Shown here: positions 17,701 through 21,766 of the stretch, in pieces
Numbering within the stretch: position 1 is the stretch's first letter
How the letters are laid out: each line of letters begins with the position of its first letter
NCBI GenBank assembly: GCA_963847705.1
Contig: CAWKBC010000028.1
Coordinates: 1 to 21,766, forward strand
Direction: 5' to 3'
DNA length: 21,766 nucleotides
From: an uncultured Pseudomonadota bacterium
Lineage (GTDB): Bacteria; Myxococcota_A; Polyangia; Fen-1088
Program-made: the position numbers and the translations under genes
The notes under the pieces: generated by a model
What the model was told of the DNA's origin: nothing
Database searches by the model: none
The model's input: only the letters and a program-made list of their open reading frames with translations

Positions 17701-18741
17701 ATGCGCGCCATCACCACCATCCCCGGAACCGCCGACAGCGCCCGCCTCGAGGAGATCCCCGAGGCCCCGGACGCGCCGGACACGCTGCTGGTCGACGCGA
17801 TCGCCATCGGGGTCTGCGGCACCGATCTCGAGATCCTGAGCGGCGCCTACGGTAAGCCCCCACCCGGCCGCGAACGGCTGGTCATCGGGCACGAGAACGT
17901 CGGGCGCGTCCGGACCGCGCCGCCCGGCAGCGCCTTCTCCCCCGGCGATCTGGTGGTCGGCGTCGTGCGCCGCCCCGACCCTGTCCCCTGCGCCAGCTGC
18001 GCGGCCGGCGAGTGGGACATGTGCAAGAACGGACAGTTCACCGAGCGCGGCATCACCGGTCGGGACGGCTACGCCTCCCAGCGCTACCGCCTGGAGACGG
18101 CCTTCGCCGTGCCGGTCCCGGCGTCGGTCGGCGATCTGGCGGTGCTGGTGGAGCCGACGACCATCCTGGCCAAGGCCTGGGAGCAGATCGAGCGGATCGG
18201 CGCGCGCGCCAGCTGGAGCCCGTCGCGTGTGCTGGTGACGGGCGCGGGCCCGATCGGCCTCCTGGCGGCGCTGCTCGGCCGGCAGCGCGGTCTCGAGGTG
18301 CATGTCCTCGATCGGGTGACCGACGGCCCGAAGCCGGCGCTGGTGGCCGCGCTCGGCGCCACCTACCACACCGGGAAGGTGACCGACGTCCCACTCGCCG
18401 ACATCGTGCTCGAGTGCACCGGCGTCGGCGACCTGGTCTTCGACGTGATGGAGAACGTCGGTCCCGACGGGATCGTCTGCCTGACCGGCGTGTCGTCGGG
18501 CGCGCGGGCCATCCCCATCAACCTCACCGCGCTCAACAAGCAGATGGTCTTGGAGAACAACGTCGTCTTCGGGGCGGTGAACGCCAACCTGCGCCACTAC
18601 CGGGCCGCGGTGGCCGCGCTGGCGCAAACCGACCGGGGTTGGCTGGAGCGGCTGATCTCGCGTCGTGTCCCGCTCGAGCGCTGGCCGGAGGCGCTGGTGC
18701 GCGGGCCGACCGACGTGAAGCCGGTCATCGTCTTCGGCTGA
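17701..18741 (+). CDS. Glucose 1-dehydrogenase (Zn-dependent medium-chain dehydrogenase)
   Basis: Motifs GVCGTDLEI, GHE, VVRRPDPVPCASCAAGEWDMC, ERGI, EPTTILAKAWEQ, Rossmann GAGPIG and VLENNVVFGAVNAN, typical of the MDR glucose dehydrogenase subfamily. Confidence 0.9.
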   Translation: MRAITTIPGTADSARLEEIPEAPDAPDTLLVDAIAIGVCGTDLEILSGAYGKPPPGRERLVIGHENVGRVRTAPPGSAFSPGDLVVGVVRRPDPVPCASCAAGEWDMCKNGQFTERGITGRDGYASQRYRLETAFAVPVPASVGDLAVLVEPTTILAKAWEQIERIGARASWSPSRVLVTGAGPIGLLAALLGRQRGLEVHVLDRVTDGPKPALVAALGATYHTGKVTDVPLADIVLECTGVGDLVFDVMENVGPDGIVCLTGVSSGARAIPINLTALNKQMVLENNVVFGAVNANLRHYRAAVAALAQTDRGWLERLISRRVPLERWPEALVRGPTDVKPVIVFG

Positions 18742-18795
18742 GCCCAGGCCTGAAGCCTCCTTCCTGAGCCGCCGGGGCAGCCTTAGCTTCCGGGA

Positions 18796-20889
<2,094 letters not shown>

Positions 20890-20968
20890 GGCCAGGGACC
20901 GTGAGCCGCGGCGCGCGCCGCCGGCTTGCCTTCCCGGCCCCGGCGACTACGTTGGGACGACGATCACG

Positions 20969-21766
20969 ATGCCGCTCCGAATTCCTGTCTGTACCTACCG
21001 ACTGCAGTTCAACAAGGACTTTAACTTTCGCGACGCCACGGCGCTGGTCGGCTACCTCGACGCGCTGGGGGTGACGGATCTCTACGCCTCGCCCTTCCTG
21101 GTGGCGAGGCCGGGGAGCATGCACGGCTACGACGTGGTCGACCACAGCCGGCTCAACCCGGAGATCGGGACCGAGAGCGATTTCGACGCGCTCGCCGCTG
21201 CCCTCCGCGCGCGCGGGATGGGCCTCCTCATGGACGTGGTCCCCAACCACATGTGCATCGCCAGCGACGCCAACCACTGGTGGAACGACGTGCTGGAAAA
21301 CGGCCGCAGCTCCCCCTACGCGCCGTTCTTCGACGTCGACTGGCACCCGCCCAAAGCCGAGCTCGACGAGAAGATCCTGCTGCCGGTCCTGGGACGGCAG
21401 TACGGCCGGGTGCTGGAGGGGAGCGAGATCTCGATCGGGTATGCGGACGGCGCCTTCCGCGCCCACTACGGCACCTCGTCGTTCCCGATCGGGCCGCGCA
21501 CCATCTTGCCGCTGCTCGAGCCGATCGTCACCGACCTCCGGCGCAACCACCCCGACGATCACCCCGACGTGCTGGAGATGGAGAGCATCGTCACCGCCAC
21601 CAAGAACCTCCCCACCCGCTGGGAGGTCGAGCCCGAGAAGATCCGCGAACGGCAGCGCGAGAAGGAGATCGTCAAGCGGCGCCTGGCCGCGCTGGTGGCC
21701 GGGAGCGCCGCCGTCCGGGACGCGCTCGAGCGAAGCCTGGCCGCCATCAACGGCGAGCCAGGCAAG
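20969..21766 (+). CDS. treY: Malto-oligosyltrehalose synthase (GH13), 3'-truncated by the window; missing from ORF track
   Basis: My translation from ATG 20969 reads [23 protein letters not shown]...[22 protein letters not shown]...[10 protein letters not shown]...[22 protein letters not shown]...LLPVLG, with no stop before the window end. TTGCCT-N16-TACGTT lies upstream (20926-20953). Confidence 0.95.
   Translation, partial: MPLRIPVCTYRLQFNKDFNFRDATALVGYLDALGVTDLYASPFLVARPGSMHGYDVVDHSRLNPEIGTESDFDALAAALRARGMGLLMDVVPNHMCIASDANHWWNDVLENGRSSPYAPFFDVDWHPPKAELDEKILLPVLGRQYGRVLEGSEISIGYADGAFRAHYGTSSFPIGPRTILPLLEPIVTDLRRNHPDDHPDVLEMESIVTATKNLPTRWEVEPEKIRERQREKEIVKRRLAALVAGSAAVRDALERSLAAINGEPGK

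Overview
This is a high-GC, gene-dense chromosomal window. Gene content and a Myxococcus-type LexA box suggest a Myxococcota genome (inference). In order: 3' end of imuB; a frameshifted Gly-rich lipoprotein gene; a probable internally deleted nucleotidyltransferase remnant on the minus strand; a LexA box and error-prone polymerase dnaE2 (imuC); a signalling cluster (hybrid HisKA-REC protein with a degenerate ATP-binding domain, membrane diguanylate cyclase, sigma54 NtrC-type regulator); an 11-bp tandem repeat; minus-strand glnE, an ArnT/PMT-type glycosyltransferase and pfkA, with a duplicated palindromic element between the last two; greB; an unlisted 46-aa ORF; a secreted hypothetical protein coupled to a frameshifted HtrA/DegQ lipoprotein protease; glucose 1-dehydrogenase; a membrane Ser/Thr kinase; and the 5' part of treY. 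I found no CRISPR array, tRNA, rRNA or intact mobile element. The most notable points are the interrupted imuB-dnaE2 cassette with its own SOS operator, the apparent pseudo-kinase signalling module, and frameshifts in two lipoprotein genes that may be sequencing errors. No clearly new system can be established from the sequence alone.
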